A stretch of 60,490 nt of DNA, counting the filler, from Sphacelaria rigidula (Eukaryota), in assembly GCA_964200075.2 (NCBI GenBank). It is 8 parts of 8 records of this genome, joined end to end, with 100 filler letters (N's around TTAATTAATTAA, not from the genome) between each part and the next. Parts side by side here need not be neighbours in the genome. Positions count along the whole stretch, not along the records: positions 45,445 to 52,917 come from CAXNAA020014765.1; positions 53,018 to 60,490 come from CAXNAA020014766.1; 6 more parts are not named here. One strand, 5' to 3'. Shown here in pieces: positions 48,162-60,490 of the stretch (position 1 is its first letter; each line of letters starts with the position of its first letter). The notes under the pieces were generated by a model. The model made no database searches. It worked only from the letters and a program-made list of their open reading frames with translations, and was not told the DNA's origin. A program made the translations under genes and the position numbers.

Positions 48162-49570
48162 TTGCACCCAGTGTTCCACTGCCGCTACCCATCGGAGGGC
48201 CCTCACCGCATCACCAACACCAACAGTCGTAGCCACATCACCAACTCAACCGCAACAGCAGCAGCAACATCATCAACCTCAGCAGCACGAGCAGCGCCAA
48301 CAACCGCAGCACCAACACCAACAGCCGCAGCCGCAGCCGCCGCCGCAGCACATCAGCAACCGCAGCCGGACCAGCACCACGTACAACAACTCCATCACTA
48401 TCAACCACAGCAGTACTACCAAGCACAGCCGCAATCCCCGGTCCACCAACTCCTCCAGCTTCTCAGTGGCGGGGGAGGGGGACAGATCCAACAACTCATG
48501 CATGCAATGGGAGCGGCCAACACCGCCCCCGCCAGTACAAAAAAGGCCGAAGAAATGCAGGAGAAGCGGGAGATCAACAGCTGGCTCTCGGACAAAAATA
48601 AGGCACTCTTCCACATCCTCAGGTGCAGGGTCTCCATTTCCATTCCCATGTCTGATACAAACTTGAAACTCAAACTCCACGACGTGGTCGACACCAACCG
48701 GGGCATGCTGAGCAACGTCCAGACGTTGACCGACGTAGACGTCACCAACTTTCACTCCCCAGTGCCGCCTGGCGTAAAAAAACTACTTTTGCGCTGAGGT
48801 TCATGTCGCCACATTCACCAAGGCGCTGGCCATCATCATCAACTTCGGCACCACCGACAACGACGGCAGGCGGGATAGGAGAGCTTTCCTCACAGGAGAG
48901 CTGACGAGGATAGCGTCGGCGCTGGACGCGTACACCGAGAAAAACTACGCCGCTCTACACATAGACGAAGCGGCCGTCAAAACCCGCATAATCACTGACT
49001 TCAACCACGACATCAACGGGTGGCTGACAGAATGCAGGGACGCTGGGCTGAATCTGCGCATGAAGTCTCCCGCCGCCCCACCCGCCAACGGGCAGGCCCC
49101 GCGGCGCCGGTACCAGCATTCACCCGCGTGAAGACGCTCACCGCCGACGGCCACCCCAGCAGCCTCATTGGTCGCCAAAACCCCGGGCTCTTGGTAGCAG
49201 GCTCACCCGCGCAGCCCGCCCCCAAGACAGCCGTTCAGCGGAAGGCGCTTCCGACGGAGGCACGAGCAACGCGGTCAAACGCGTCGCTTCCCACCCTCCG
49301 TCGTACCCGCCCCAGTGGCAACATCTCACGCCACCGAACACCGATTTCAACACGGAACTGGCGTCATGGGCCCCGCCGGCGGGCGTCTGCTTACGAGCTT
49401 GGCAGGGTCTTACATGCCCACGGGGGCGCGGCTGCCGCCTACCGGACCACAGCAGCAAGCATCAAGCCGTCGGAGGCCCCCCCCTCCAGCCGCCATCGGC
49501 GTTCCAGGTACCTCCAACCCTCCCGACGGTGGCGACGGCAAAAACACCAGCACCAGCGGCACCGGCGGTC
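48162..49570 (+). pseudogene. Frameshifted intronless ORF with a Q/A-rich N-terminus and helical core; possibly a retroelement gag-like ORF
   Basis: The 211-aa ORF continues in a shifted frame (HVATFTKALAIIINFG...ITDFNHDINGWLTECRDAG); GC-rich, coding-like sequence; cut by the LTR at 49571. Confidence 0.4.
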
Positions 49571-49822
49571 TGTGAACCAGCCTGAAATCAGAACAAGGTT
49601 ACAGTACTGCTCCAGAGGCTTCCTCCCTGTCCAGGGCTCCAGAGACTTCAAGACTTCAAGCAGTTATAGAAACAGCAGTCTTCGTTAACCAGATTTGAGC
49701 TTCATGGTCTTTCCTCACGAACACGATATGTTACGCATCCAATAGTCATCCTCCAACCAATCAATCCAGGATCCACCGTATATCTACATGTTGCATGTAT
49801 ACTGTAGGTGGACTACTCTACA
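49571..49822 (-). repeat. 3' LTR of the Gypsy element (252 bp, TGTAGAG...TTCACA)
   Basis: TG..CA ends; purine-rich GGAGAGTGC immediately upstream on the - strand; lies downstream of pol. Confidence 0.8.
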
Positions 49823-50102
49823 GCACTCTCCAAAACTTCGCACTACTCAAAGTAGAAAGCGAATTTGACAAAACAGTTAGACACCGACAGTACCCTACGA
49901 TGTCAACAAGAGAAGCATTTAATATCAGACCGCATCAGGTCAAATCACGATGCCCCCCCCAGTATAATCCCAAAACACCAGCACGAGCTACTCCAACATG
50001 TTAGGCAAACAATAACCAAGCGGTATACTCAACGTAAACCAAATTGCACTGTTGAATCCATAAACTACGCCAATAACTAATCACAGCTTGGAACCCAATC
50101 AC

Positions 50103-52917
50103 TCAGAGCTTGAGCCCATACTTAGCCAGCAAACGCGCCCGTACCTGCTTTGTTAATCGCAACTTAAGCAATTCAGAACGTTCAACTGCGGGGCTCCTTC
50201 CAAAATGATTTCCAGAGGCTCCCACGAGCTCTCGTCCTTGCCAAAATCTACCCATTCCACGTATACAATGAAACCATCACCGTCTTGAGCCTCGGATAAG
50301 TCAACGATCGCCTCCATCTCGAACTCCCCTTGCGCAAACGCATACTAGAACACTTCCTTCAGATCCGCAGTGACCTTCAGCTCCTTGTCTGCGTAGTACC
50401 GTAGACGGGAGACATGCGCGTCCTTCACCTCTCCGCTGACGATATTCTGAATCTCGTACACATGTTGATGCTCCGCTGCCACGATCCTCCACGGTTCTGT
50501 CCAAATACTTACGAGTTTTGACGTTGTACCTGAGCGCCTACCCCTCGCAGCCAACACATAGTCACCCACCATGAAATTTGGCAACTGTCCTTTACTAGCT
50601 ACACGTCGTTGCAGTTCACGAGTCTTCTCAATACGCTGCGCCACCTCCTTGTGCAACACTTGCTGCGCCTGCATGACCGATGCCACCTCCTCCCGCAGCA
50701 TGTCTTCATCCAGCACATCAAGTCGCCACTCGCCGCCGGTCGACGATGCCAGGATTGAAAATCTTGTGCGCGATGCCCGTCCAAACATCACATGGTATGG
50801 CGTACTGGCGTAGCGCTCGCGGAATGCCGTGTTCAATGCCCACTGCACGGCAGACACCAGTCCCACCCAGTCACAAATGTCGCGCCTCTCTTCTTGCAGC
50901 ATGGCCTTCAAAGTAGGGACAACCTCTCGCATCATCCTTTCACACGTACCATTTGACCAAGGCGAGTTTGGAACCGCGAACCTTCGGTCCAGCTTCAGCG
51001 CCTTCTCCAATGCTCGCATCACATGGTTCTTAAAATGCGATGCGGTGTCACTAACCCACACCTCCGGCGGATCCAACGCCTTGTACCACGCCAACAGGTG
51101 CTGGACAGTCGCTGCAGCTGTACAAGACTCGGTGGGCTCCAACCACGCCAAATTGCACAGATTATCCATCATTACAAATATGTACTTGTACCCGTCGCCT
51201 TCATCCAGACCGCTCTCGCCCAGCGGGCCACTTTCGCCAACGTACAGATAATCAAAATGGATCACCGCACCGGGGCGTGTGCCATGCACTGTCTCCCCTA
51301 GTGGCCGCGGGACCATCTCAGCCGCTTTGGAGTCCACACAATGTAAGCATTTCCTCACAAAATCTGTCACATGAGCTTCCATCTGAAACCAACAGCAATA
51401 CTCTTTCAGCCGCTGCAGTGTTGCCACAACACCCCGATGACCCGCCTCCTTCATGTCAGCACACACCATCAAGCGTGTTTGCAGCTCTTTTGCGTGCGGT
51501 GGGATCCACGACACATTCCGCCCTGCTACATGCACGCGATATAAACCCTCACAGTCTTTTGAAACTCGCCCAAAAGCTGCTGCAAAAGCAGGGGCTCGAG
51601 CAACCATCTCTCCGAACCCGGCTTGAACCTGCTCTTGGACCTCACGAATAGCGTCCTTCGACGGCATCGTTTCATCAGGCTGACTGCTCGCAAACACAGC
51701 CGCAGCACGCACAGACACCGCCGGGACGTTTACCCACCTTGATAATAAATCTCCCCAGCAGTTGCGCTCACCAGCAATGTGCCTGATGGAGTAATCGTAC
51801 TGCCCGAGCACAGCCTTCCATTGCTCAATCCTCTGGGCAGCAGTGATTGCATATCCTTCCTTGTCCATCGCAGCCCACCGAACCTGCTCTCCACGAAACG
51901 TTCCGCTGACAAAACCCATCGGCTCATGGCTCATGTCTTCCACCGCCAATATACAACCCAGCTCATCCTCCGGCACCTGCATAAGAAAACTGCTCCAGTG
52001 TAGATTCGATGCGCCTGGAAACATGAGAACCTCATACCCCTGCTTGGGATATGACAAAGCGACAGCATGCGCCACCAAATCTTGCGCCTCGTGCCACGCC
52101 TGAGCACGCCTAGACGTCCATGCCGACTCCTCGATTGTCCGGTGTGACGCCACTCGCTTAGAACGGCACACGTTCCCCTGCATGTGTTCTTCCTCCAGTA
52201 ATACCGCAGCGGCTCCACCACCTCCGCCAAACGCGGCAGGGGCGTTCTCAGCCAGTTTACCGCCTGCAGGAACTGCATAAGTTCGCCTGCTGTGCGTGGG
52301 TGCCTAAGATTGGCCAGCCCGCTCAATCTCTCGCGGTCATGAGCCACTTGACCACCTGAAAAGACCTTCCCGTACCACGTGATCTGTGTGTCGTAGAACA
52401 TGCACTTGTGCGCAGCCGCAAAAAGACCAGCATCCTCCAAACCGCCCAAAATCTCGTCAAGTGTACACAACAGATCATCCTCATCCACCCATACTTTGCA
52501 CTGAAGTCCGGTCAATAATCCTGTCATGATGCCTTGGAAGTACCCCGTCGTATTCAACATCCCTTGCGGCATCCGTGTGGGGGTAAACAGACCTTCGGGA
52601 GTCGCGATCGTGAATATTTCTTGTGCATCAGCCGCCAACGGTATCTGCCAGTACCCCTGCAGCATACCAATCTTGCCAAAACACGCAGCGCCCAGCAGGT
52701 CGATCATCTCCGCCTCGTGGTTAGACATAACATTCGGAACCTTCTCAATCTGCTTGTTTACCACGCGATAATCACTCATCCGTCGATAACCGCCCTCGTT
52801 CGGCGTCGCCATGGCCGCACTCGCCCACACCGCCTGTAAGCTGCGAAATACGAGCCCAAGCGCCACCAGCGTCGCCATACACCCAGCTAACCACGTTGCC
52901 TTTACAGGAGAATACAC
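50103..52917 (-). pseudogene. pol: Gypsy pol (RT, RNase H, integrase, chromodomain), disrupted
   Basis: YRRMSDYRVVN, GYWQIPL, MPQGMLN, WVDED; GHRG..CLHC zinc motif, HFDY, VSDTASHF, NGTCER; chromodomain EFEMEAIVD..VEWVDF..ESSWEP; frameshift near 52200 and stop at 50345. Confidence 0.9.
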
Positions 52918-53017
52918 NNNNNNNNNNNNNNNNNNNNNNNNNNNNNNNNNNNNNNNNNNNNTTAATTAATTAANNNNNNNNNNNNNNNNNNNNNNNNNNN
53001 NNNNNNNNNNNNNNNNN
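52918..53017. other. Artificial contig linker
   Basis: N44-TTAATTAATTAA-N44. Confidence 0.98.
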
Positions 53018-55100
53018 ACGTACAAAAAAAAAAAAAAAAAAAAAAAACAAAAAGAAAAAAAAAAAAAAAAAAAAGGAACAGAAAAAAAACAGGAACAGGG
53101 GGATAAAAAAAAATGGAGGGGTCGAACAAAACGACGTAGCAGACTAAGTCGTGACAAAAAAATAATAAAAAGTCAACACAAGTAAAGCACAAAAAGAAAT
53201 GGCCGATCTCAAACAAGAAAAAGGGAAACAAGAGGAAAGTACAAAGAAAATAACATCAAAAACAATGAAACTATGGGGGGGGGGAAAGGCTCAAGGGGTA
53301 GAGGGCAGCAGAGTAGATACAGACACACACCAGTGGGTATCGCAGAGCCACCGACTAAGGACATAATCATCAACCGATTTGAGAGGACAGGATTTTCCGA
53401 TTGGCAGCCCTCGACGCAGCAGCCTCTCGCTTGTGACGGCAGTGTGATTCTCGCTTGTCCGCGCGTCGCCACGTGTCCTCAAACTCTTCCGCTCCCTTTT
53501 CGACTCCCATATGCCATTTGTCCAGGTCCTTCGCTACAGTGATCTAATCGTATGCATCGTGAACCTCTACACCGTAGACGAATCACTTTCGTTGGGCTCC
53601 TTTGTGCGGGACAGCCCCTAGTGCACGTAGGTTCTCCTTCAGGGTATCCTTCCATTGCTTGGGGGGGCGGCCGACCTCCTTGGGTCCTCATGTGGAAAGC
53701 CGACCGTTCATGACACGCTTGGGAAGGCGTGTGTCTTCCTGCTGGACTAGGGCTCCCGCGAACCAGAGTTGACGTTTGCGGATAGTCGTCTCGATACGTT
53801 CGTAGTTGGCCGTCTCGAGCACCGCTCTATACGAAAGAATCTTGTAGCCATTTCGATCGTTCCTGCGTAACCCAACCACTCGCAGCAAGAGCTTATGATG
53901 GGCAGTGCGCAGACTGTCGAAGTCCTTAGAGCGTGGCGTCCATGTGGCGCACCCATACAACAGAGCTCCCACCACCTGCGCTTTAAGCAGTTTATTTTTC
54001 AAGGATAGCTCGGCGTTGGGTCGGTCGTAGAGTTCGGAGCTATATTTTCGGATACGCGCCCATACCGCGCTGATACGGCGGTTGATTTCGGTGGACATTT
54101 CGCATCCGCGCTGATAGCTCCACCAAGGTAGATGAACTTCCCCGTCTGCTTATACCGTTGACCGGCAGCTTTGATATACAGGGTGGCCACCGTGGAACTG
54201 GGTACTGACCAAAGGCGCATGGACTCTGTCTTGGTCTCGGGGATCATCAGGCCGAATTCCTGGCAGGTCATCACTATCACGGCCATCCTTCGAGCAAGGC
54301 CTTCTGAGGTATTCGAGGCTATGCCGGCGTTATCCGAATAAAGCATTGCCCACACCGCGCGTCGCACCGTTTCCAGTGGTGTCTCTTCCACGGGTTCACC
54401 GACACCTTGCGGCGCATCATCTAGAAAGATCAAGTCTGGGACGATGAGTGGGTCCGCCGCACACCGCTGGACGATCACTTCCACCAAGCCTGCTCCGAAG
54501 ATGTTAAACAACAGCGGAGACGAAACGCAACCTCGTCTGAGTCCCTGGCTGACGTCGAACCACGGTGATAGTTCGCTACTAGCTAGTTGTACTCGAGCTC
54601 GCATGCCGTCGTGAAACATACGGATGATCGTGATCATTCGCGACGGAACTCCGAACCGAGCAAGCACTTCCCACAGGAGAGTGCAGTCTACAGAATCGTA
54701 GGCTTTCTGCAGATCCACAAAGCACATGTTAATTGCGATGTTGCTCGCCCGTCCCAACTCCTGGAGTCGACGTACTACGGACATCATGTCTATGGTCGAT
54801 CTTTGGCGCCTAAATCCACACTGCTCCTCCGGGAAGATATGTGTTTCCTCACAAAAATCACCGAGCCTGTTGGCTACGATTTTGCGGAGAACTTTAGCAG
54901 TATGTGCCACAAGTGAAATGCCTCTGTAGTTACTACACTGAGTCCTATCTTGTTTTTGTGTAGCACTTTGATGGTGACATCTTTCCATTATTGCGGCACC
55001 TCGCAAGATGTCCAAACCGCAGAGACGATGTTGTGGAAGTGGTACAGAATGTCCGCCGCCTCCCCGTTGAGTCCAAGTTTCAGGATTTCACCAGGAACAA
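53018..55100 (-). mobile_element. RTE-like LINE, 5'-truncated, with frameshifted RT and T-rich 3' UTR
   Basis: NYRGISLVAH, EEQCGFR, FVDLQKAYDSV, QGLRRGC.SPLLFNI, YSDN (decayed YADD), FIYLG, LLYGCATWT, RQLWFAG..RLPKRV. Confidence 0.9.
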
Positions 55101-55965
55101 CTATAGCTGGTAATCTCTTTCTCTGCATGTCGTTTATACTATATTGTCATCGTAATATCCTCATGTCTCTGTTTGCTTCACGTGAGTACACTCCCAACTC
55201 TGCTCTCAAAACTGGATTACTCGTCGTTTTCGAGCATTTAAGTATTTTCTTAGTTGCTGCCATCTGTACTGTTTCCGACCTCACCACCATCTTCACGTTC
55301 CCCTCCCACACTCTCCTGCATATACCAACTTTGGTACGATCACGTTCATCCGGATACATCTCTTGATTCTAGAGTCTAGGTGCGGATCTCTGAAGATCAC
55401 GTCCATTCTGCCTATCTGTGCCTTGCCCTTTTCTATGACTTTGTTCATGTGTGCATCCCAAGGACAGTTTCTTGAGACCTCTACACCAAGGTATATGTAT
55501 ACTGGTCTGAGATCGGCCATTCCTCTTCTCCCCACTTCCATTTGAACTCTACCGGATTTCCCTATCTCCGCTACAGCGAATATCGCGTATTTTTTTACGT
55601 CTGCTGTCTCTCTCTATTTCCTATTGTATCCTAGCATATTGTCTATCTGTGTCTGTAATCCTTCTGGTGTTTCTGAGATCCCCACGAAATCATCAATCTT
55701 GACACCATATCTCCACCCACCTTGGCCCCTTGCTTTGCTGCTTATACTTGCACTATCAAGTCATTCACAAGTATCTTGAACAAAGTGGGCGGATAGTACA
55801 TCCTTGTGCAACTTCTTGTAAAAGAACAAAATATTTCGATATTTCCCCGTCTAGCATCATCGCGCTTTCGACATATTCTGTCATGTTCTTCGCCATTCTC
55901 CACATATTTCCTCTGATCCCAGTTTCCCGCAACGTTTTCCACAACGTGTGTCTTCACCCTGTGCC
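55101..55965 (-). mobile_element. RT fragment of a second, different LINE, heavily degenerate
   Basis: VAQGCT..PTLFKILVNDL, DDFVGISETPEGLQ, YLGVE, VIVPKLVY, VLRAELG, spread across shifted frames. Confidence 0.8.
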
Positions 55966-56024
55966 ATAAGCCTTCACACGCGGCCATTCGACCACGTTGT
56001 AGATGAATTTCCAAACGCCATCCT

Positions 56025-56280
56025 CGGTGCCGCCCGTTTTGAAATCCCCCTTGGAGGATCTTGGGGATTCGCAATCCTCTAGACGATTTTCAATCTTGGG
56101 GCCCTCCAAGGTCTGCATCGATATTAAAACCCCCTGGTTTGCGTTTGAAGGCACAAATGCTGTGGAAAAATCTGGGATCTTTTCTGCCTCTGCTGTTCGA
56201 AATCAATCCTAATTCCAAATTATTGAAATCGGGCAGAAAGGGTATATTTCGAACAGCAGAGGCTGTGCAAATACCATATA
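56025..56280 (+). repeat. Dispersed repeat with internal CCTCTGCTGTTCGAA/TTCGAACAGCAGAGG inverted pair; second copy at 57090-57600
   Basis: Colinear GGATC.TGGG.ATTCGCAAT..GGGGCCCT..AAGGTCTG..GCACAA.TGCTGTG in both copies. Confidence 0.7.
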
Positions 56281-57089
56281 CAGGTCAAGCCGCGAAACGC
56301 TTGCAACACCGTATCATTAAGTACTGTTCCACCTTCGGCGAAGATGCCACATTATGGATGCAAGTTTCCCAAGATGTTTTCGGGTCGTACCGGGTCGTAC
56401 CGGAAGGGGCTGAGGAGTGCATGGTAAATTGAATCAACGCACTACGCAATCTCAACGTTTGCTATGCTACCACTCGAGTTTCCTTTGTGTATATCGAAGG
56501 TTGCAGAAACGTAGGGAGTAACCTAGTACTCAGTATACTCGCTAGTGCGTCTGTCGCCTTCCTGAAAACTCAGTTTTCCTCCGTGGGTACCTGGGGATGT
56601 TATTTGACTCTCCCTTGGCGCCCATTTCATTCCTTAGCTCTCTTTACAGACCTGATGTATTCGTTTCACCACTCCCCGGCCAACTCGGGGGGGGCATTTA
56701 CCTTCTGTTCCCTTGACGTATCTCTCTAATTGATGTATTTTATACCGCTTTGTTTTCCGGAGTCTCAGACGGAGCCGTTTAATGAGCGCTTCTCTCTCGT
56801 ATCAGCACTAGAAATAGTGGCGGTACTAGAAAGGCGAGCCTACGTCTGAGGCCACGAGTTCGCGAGATGGGCTAGTGTGTGAACGTAATCATTATGTCTC
56901 AAATGAACATGGTACAGTAGCCATCAGCTGAAATGGGGGATTTTATGATTATTTCGTAGTCGGCGATCTCGAATAGAGTTTTCGCCTGCCCATGATCATC
57001 CCATGCACGTTTCATCTCCACCATTGGGGACGGAGAGCACTACACACGCGGCCATTCGGTTACCCTCAAGAGGATTTTCCAAGTGTCAC

Positions 57090-57600
57090 CGTCAGTTCCG
57101 TTCGTTTTAAAATCCCCAATAAAGGATCGTGGGTATTCGCAATTTTATGTTGGGGCCCTTGAAGGTCTGTGTCACTATTAAAATCTCCTCGATTATTTTC
57201 GAAAGCACAAGTGCTGTGAAAATCTTGAATTTGGACAGCCTCTGCTGCTCGAAGTATGTCTCTCACAGTATGCCCAATTCCAAATTTGAAATCGGGCATG
57301 AACTTTTTTTTCGAACAGCAGAGACTGTGCAAATCCTTTATACACTCGCAGATAAAATTTGTACGCCAGAAGCTGTTCGAAATGAACCCCCATTCTGCTC
57401 GCCAATACCTGAAATTGGGTAGAACAAAATGCTTATTCGCGAGCAGCTTCTGCTGTTCAAGTCCCACATACTGCACCGTATCAGCGGATAAGATTCGAGA
57501 GGCAGCAGAAATTGTTGGAAACTCATCATTTTGCCCCCCAATTCATATATAAATCGGGCAAGGAGATATAATTCTTCGACAGCCTTGGATGTATACAAAT
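57090..57600 (+). repeat. Second, internally expanded copy of the 56025-56280 repeat
   Basis: Same blocks, plus extra GCTGTTCGAA/AAATCGGGCA units. Confidence 0.65.
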
Positions 57601-60490
57601 CTCATACACTGGTTGCGAGTGTATGTTCACACGGCTGTGCTCCGAAGCATCAAGCTTTAGCTGCAGCTGTAGTGATGATGGATTGCCGGTACATACCTCA
57701 CAAATATATGTACATAGTCTCATGTCGACCGAAACAACACACGAACTAATTTTGAGATTGAAAACGCAAAAAAGTCTCATCCCGGTCGATACTGTACTTT
57801 GATGTGGATATAAAATCTCAACAATAAACTGGACTGGACTGTAAAATACAATGCAGGACAGTGCCATACCGTGCTTATACGTGTGGTGCCATATACTGCA
57901 GAGCAAGCGCGGCGTATGCGCTACGTATGACTGTACAATGTGAATGTCTGCAGCTTATTTTGATACATGGGGATGTTATATACCGTCAGGAACTGCAGTT
58001 CACACGCCCGTTCCTACAGCAAATACGCACAACTCCAGTACAGGGAGTAGGGAATGAAAGAGAAGCGGGAAAAGTACTGTGCAGACAGCGCAGGACGATA
58101 TATGTTCTCTACCTACAGTACGAGGTGAAAAGGAATTGAACAACGTGCAGCTTTGTACGGCCTGCATTGTCTATGATGAGTGCGTATGCAATACGCCGGT
58201 TATTCCCCACCTTGTACCCCGCGTGGTTCCGTCGCCACGCGTTGCCGCGACCATGGAAGAAGATGCTCAAGCCTTTACCGACAAGAAATACATCATACCC
58301 AACCACGGCAGTGTGTACCTATATCCCTGTGCCCAACTCGTGCTCTTTGCTGCCAGGGTTGTGGCGGTAGCTGGGAATAAGTGTTGTGGGAATGAGTGTT
58401 GTGGGGTTTGCATGGTACGATCTGTGAACGGCGGGTGATACATATCTTCGTACAAGATTTCTAGGGTCCCAAAGGTGCCGTCGAGGCAGTTTGAACACAA
58501 ATGCCATCCAGAGGTTTGATGTAGTGCGGACTCCAGAGGTAAATTCACACCCTGGAGAGTATTTTTTCCCAACATTCCCCCGGAGGCATCTTCAGTAAAA
58601 TTATGTGCTCAAGGCAATCATGCGTCCTCCAGAGGATTCGTTTCATGATCGGAACTGGGGATGAAATACCCTCTAGAGGATATTCTCATCCTCTGGAGGG
58701 TCACTTTACCCGAGGTGAAAATCGCGATGGAGGATGTTCAAACGCAAGCCGAATGACCGCGTGTGGAGGCATCCGCTCCATTTTCCGAAAGTATGAGCTG
58801 ACCGGTGTTCTGGGGTCCTGTGAATACCCAATCCCACATTTTGACTCTTGGGTACGCTCGCTCGATTGAAGCTAGTATCCTGATCGTTCTCGTGAACAAT
58901 TCCCAAGTAATATATTTGTATTTCCACCTATTAATTGCGCTAGACCAAAATATTGTGCGTGTGGACCAGCGACGGTCGATGTCACGCACTGATAAACCAG
59001 GCGCTTACTCCGTATCAACCCAAAAACACCAATCGAGGATGGTGTGCTGCACACGAGCTGTTGCATTCTCCAATATCTATCAACCCTAAGCCTTGCGAGT
59101 GCTGAAGGGAAATACAACACTAGAAAATTCAGGTAAGTACTTATTGGCGAAAACAACCAAGTAGGAGCTCTGCATAGCACGTGGTAGAGGGTGAAACGTT
59201 CCGATCGCTCTCGTGGGTAATTTTACAGATATAAGATGGGATAGGAAAGGGGTGTGAAATTACTCTGTTGTTTTTCAAGATACAGAATACGGTATGTTGG
59301 GCGGATTAGAGAAGTACATTTTAGGCGAATACTTGCACGTGTAATTGAACAGCTTCTGCACAAAGTAGTTAGAACAAGTACGTAGTTGTCGCTACCGGGT
59401 GTTGAGTGACGAGGGTTTGTGGGCATACAGTCATCATTTGGGGTTGAGCAACGACCAATAGCACCTCTTGAACGGTCAACAAGGTCTGCGTGTACGTTTA
59501 TACAGCTTGAAGTAACTCACGACGCGTTGGATTCTGAGTGATGACTAGAGTATCTTTGGTCGGAAGTCGGTATTTTCGAGGCGCTCTACCGTCCTTACTC
59601 GGTTTTTCTTCGCTGATTTGGGAACCAGCATTACGGCAGTAACTACCTAGACACATCTTCGAGGGTCTGGCACATCTGCTGCGCATCCAACCGCGAACGG
59701 GTCCTCAACAACGAAGCTATCCTGTGAGTCGGAGGCTTCGTGCTGAGCAAATATCGTAGATCGTGGATCTGACTCTTTTCTAATGCTGTGATCAACCTGT
59801 TGTGTGTTTGATTATGAGCACCCTCGGAGTGAACACAACTCGCTGAAGCAAGCAGTCGAGGCCGATCCTAGAGCTATTTTTCGCTCTGCTGCTCCTTTGA
59901 CCGGCTGATTGACACCTCAATATACAGGACTTCTTAAATTATATTTTCACCTCTTCATTGCGCTAGAGCAAGAAGGACGTGGTTTTCGGACCAAAAATAT
60001 CCAATAGGAACCCCTGTCAATCCAGCCCGCAAGTCGTTCAATATTAAGCGATGTGATGATTCTTGTCTCGGAATGTGGGGCGGTTGCCTAATATTCCTCA
60101 ATTTTTCAACTTCGCGACCAAAACTGGGATGAGCGGTCGCACGCGAAAGAAGTCTCGAACATCGCTGACTACGAAAAAATGAAAAAATCCCCGATATGAG
60201 CTGAAAACTACAATCATATGATTTTCGGAGTTTCTTCAGAAACCGCTCGTCGGGTCTACAGTCGAACTGCGTCCACTAAATATCGAAAAGGCACACTAGA
60301 AATCCTGCAGAAAGTCCAGCGGCAAGTATATCTGGGGCTGTACAGCTCACCGAACCAGACGAAAATCGGCACTGAATTACCACCAAGAAAATGGTTCTTC
60401 TAGAGAATATTTGTTCGCACAGGGGGCAGCGCGGAGAGATGTTTCGGACACGTATTCCCCGCCCCGCCCCCCCCCGCCCCCCCGAGAGCG

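Larger units (their letters stand above)
49571..52917 (-). mobile_element. Ty3/Gypsy chromovirus-type LTR retrotransposon, 3' portion, degenerate
   Basis: RT-RNaseH-integrase-chromodomain order, then PPT and LTR. Confidence 0.92.

Overview
This is eukaryotic DNA, most consistent with a brown alga or related stramenopile. That is an inference from small exons in multi-kb introns, flagellar dynein genes and a heterokont-type signal+AF plastid presequence. The window is not one locus: it is eight unrelated contigs of 7473-7474 bp joined by artificial 100-nt linkers (N44-TTAATTAATTAA-N44). Gene fragments, reconstructed from splice sites and reading phase: the last four exons of outer-arm dynein intermediate chain DNAI1/IC78 (- strand, one GC-AG intron); two exons of a Strawberry notch (SBNO) homologue; the 5' end of a Sec1/Munc18 gene, head-to-head with a probable plastid-targeted gene; seven consecutive AAA1-region exons of a DNAH6-like axonemal dynein heavy chain; and one orphan exon. 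The rest is largely transposon-derived: a decayed Ty3/Gypsy chromovirus with its 3' LTR and related LTR copies, two LINE fragments, two tRNA-headed SINE families, and P-like, piggyBac-like and Tc1/mariner-like non-autonomous elements. The most unusual signals are an abundant short repeat ending in GAGTACA plus a C-tract that appears to target C-runs, a long intronic foldback resembling a miRNA precursor, P-like elements with 8-bp TSDs and an internal empty-site control, and three arrays with 41-43 bp periods. No new protein-coding system could be supported.
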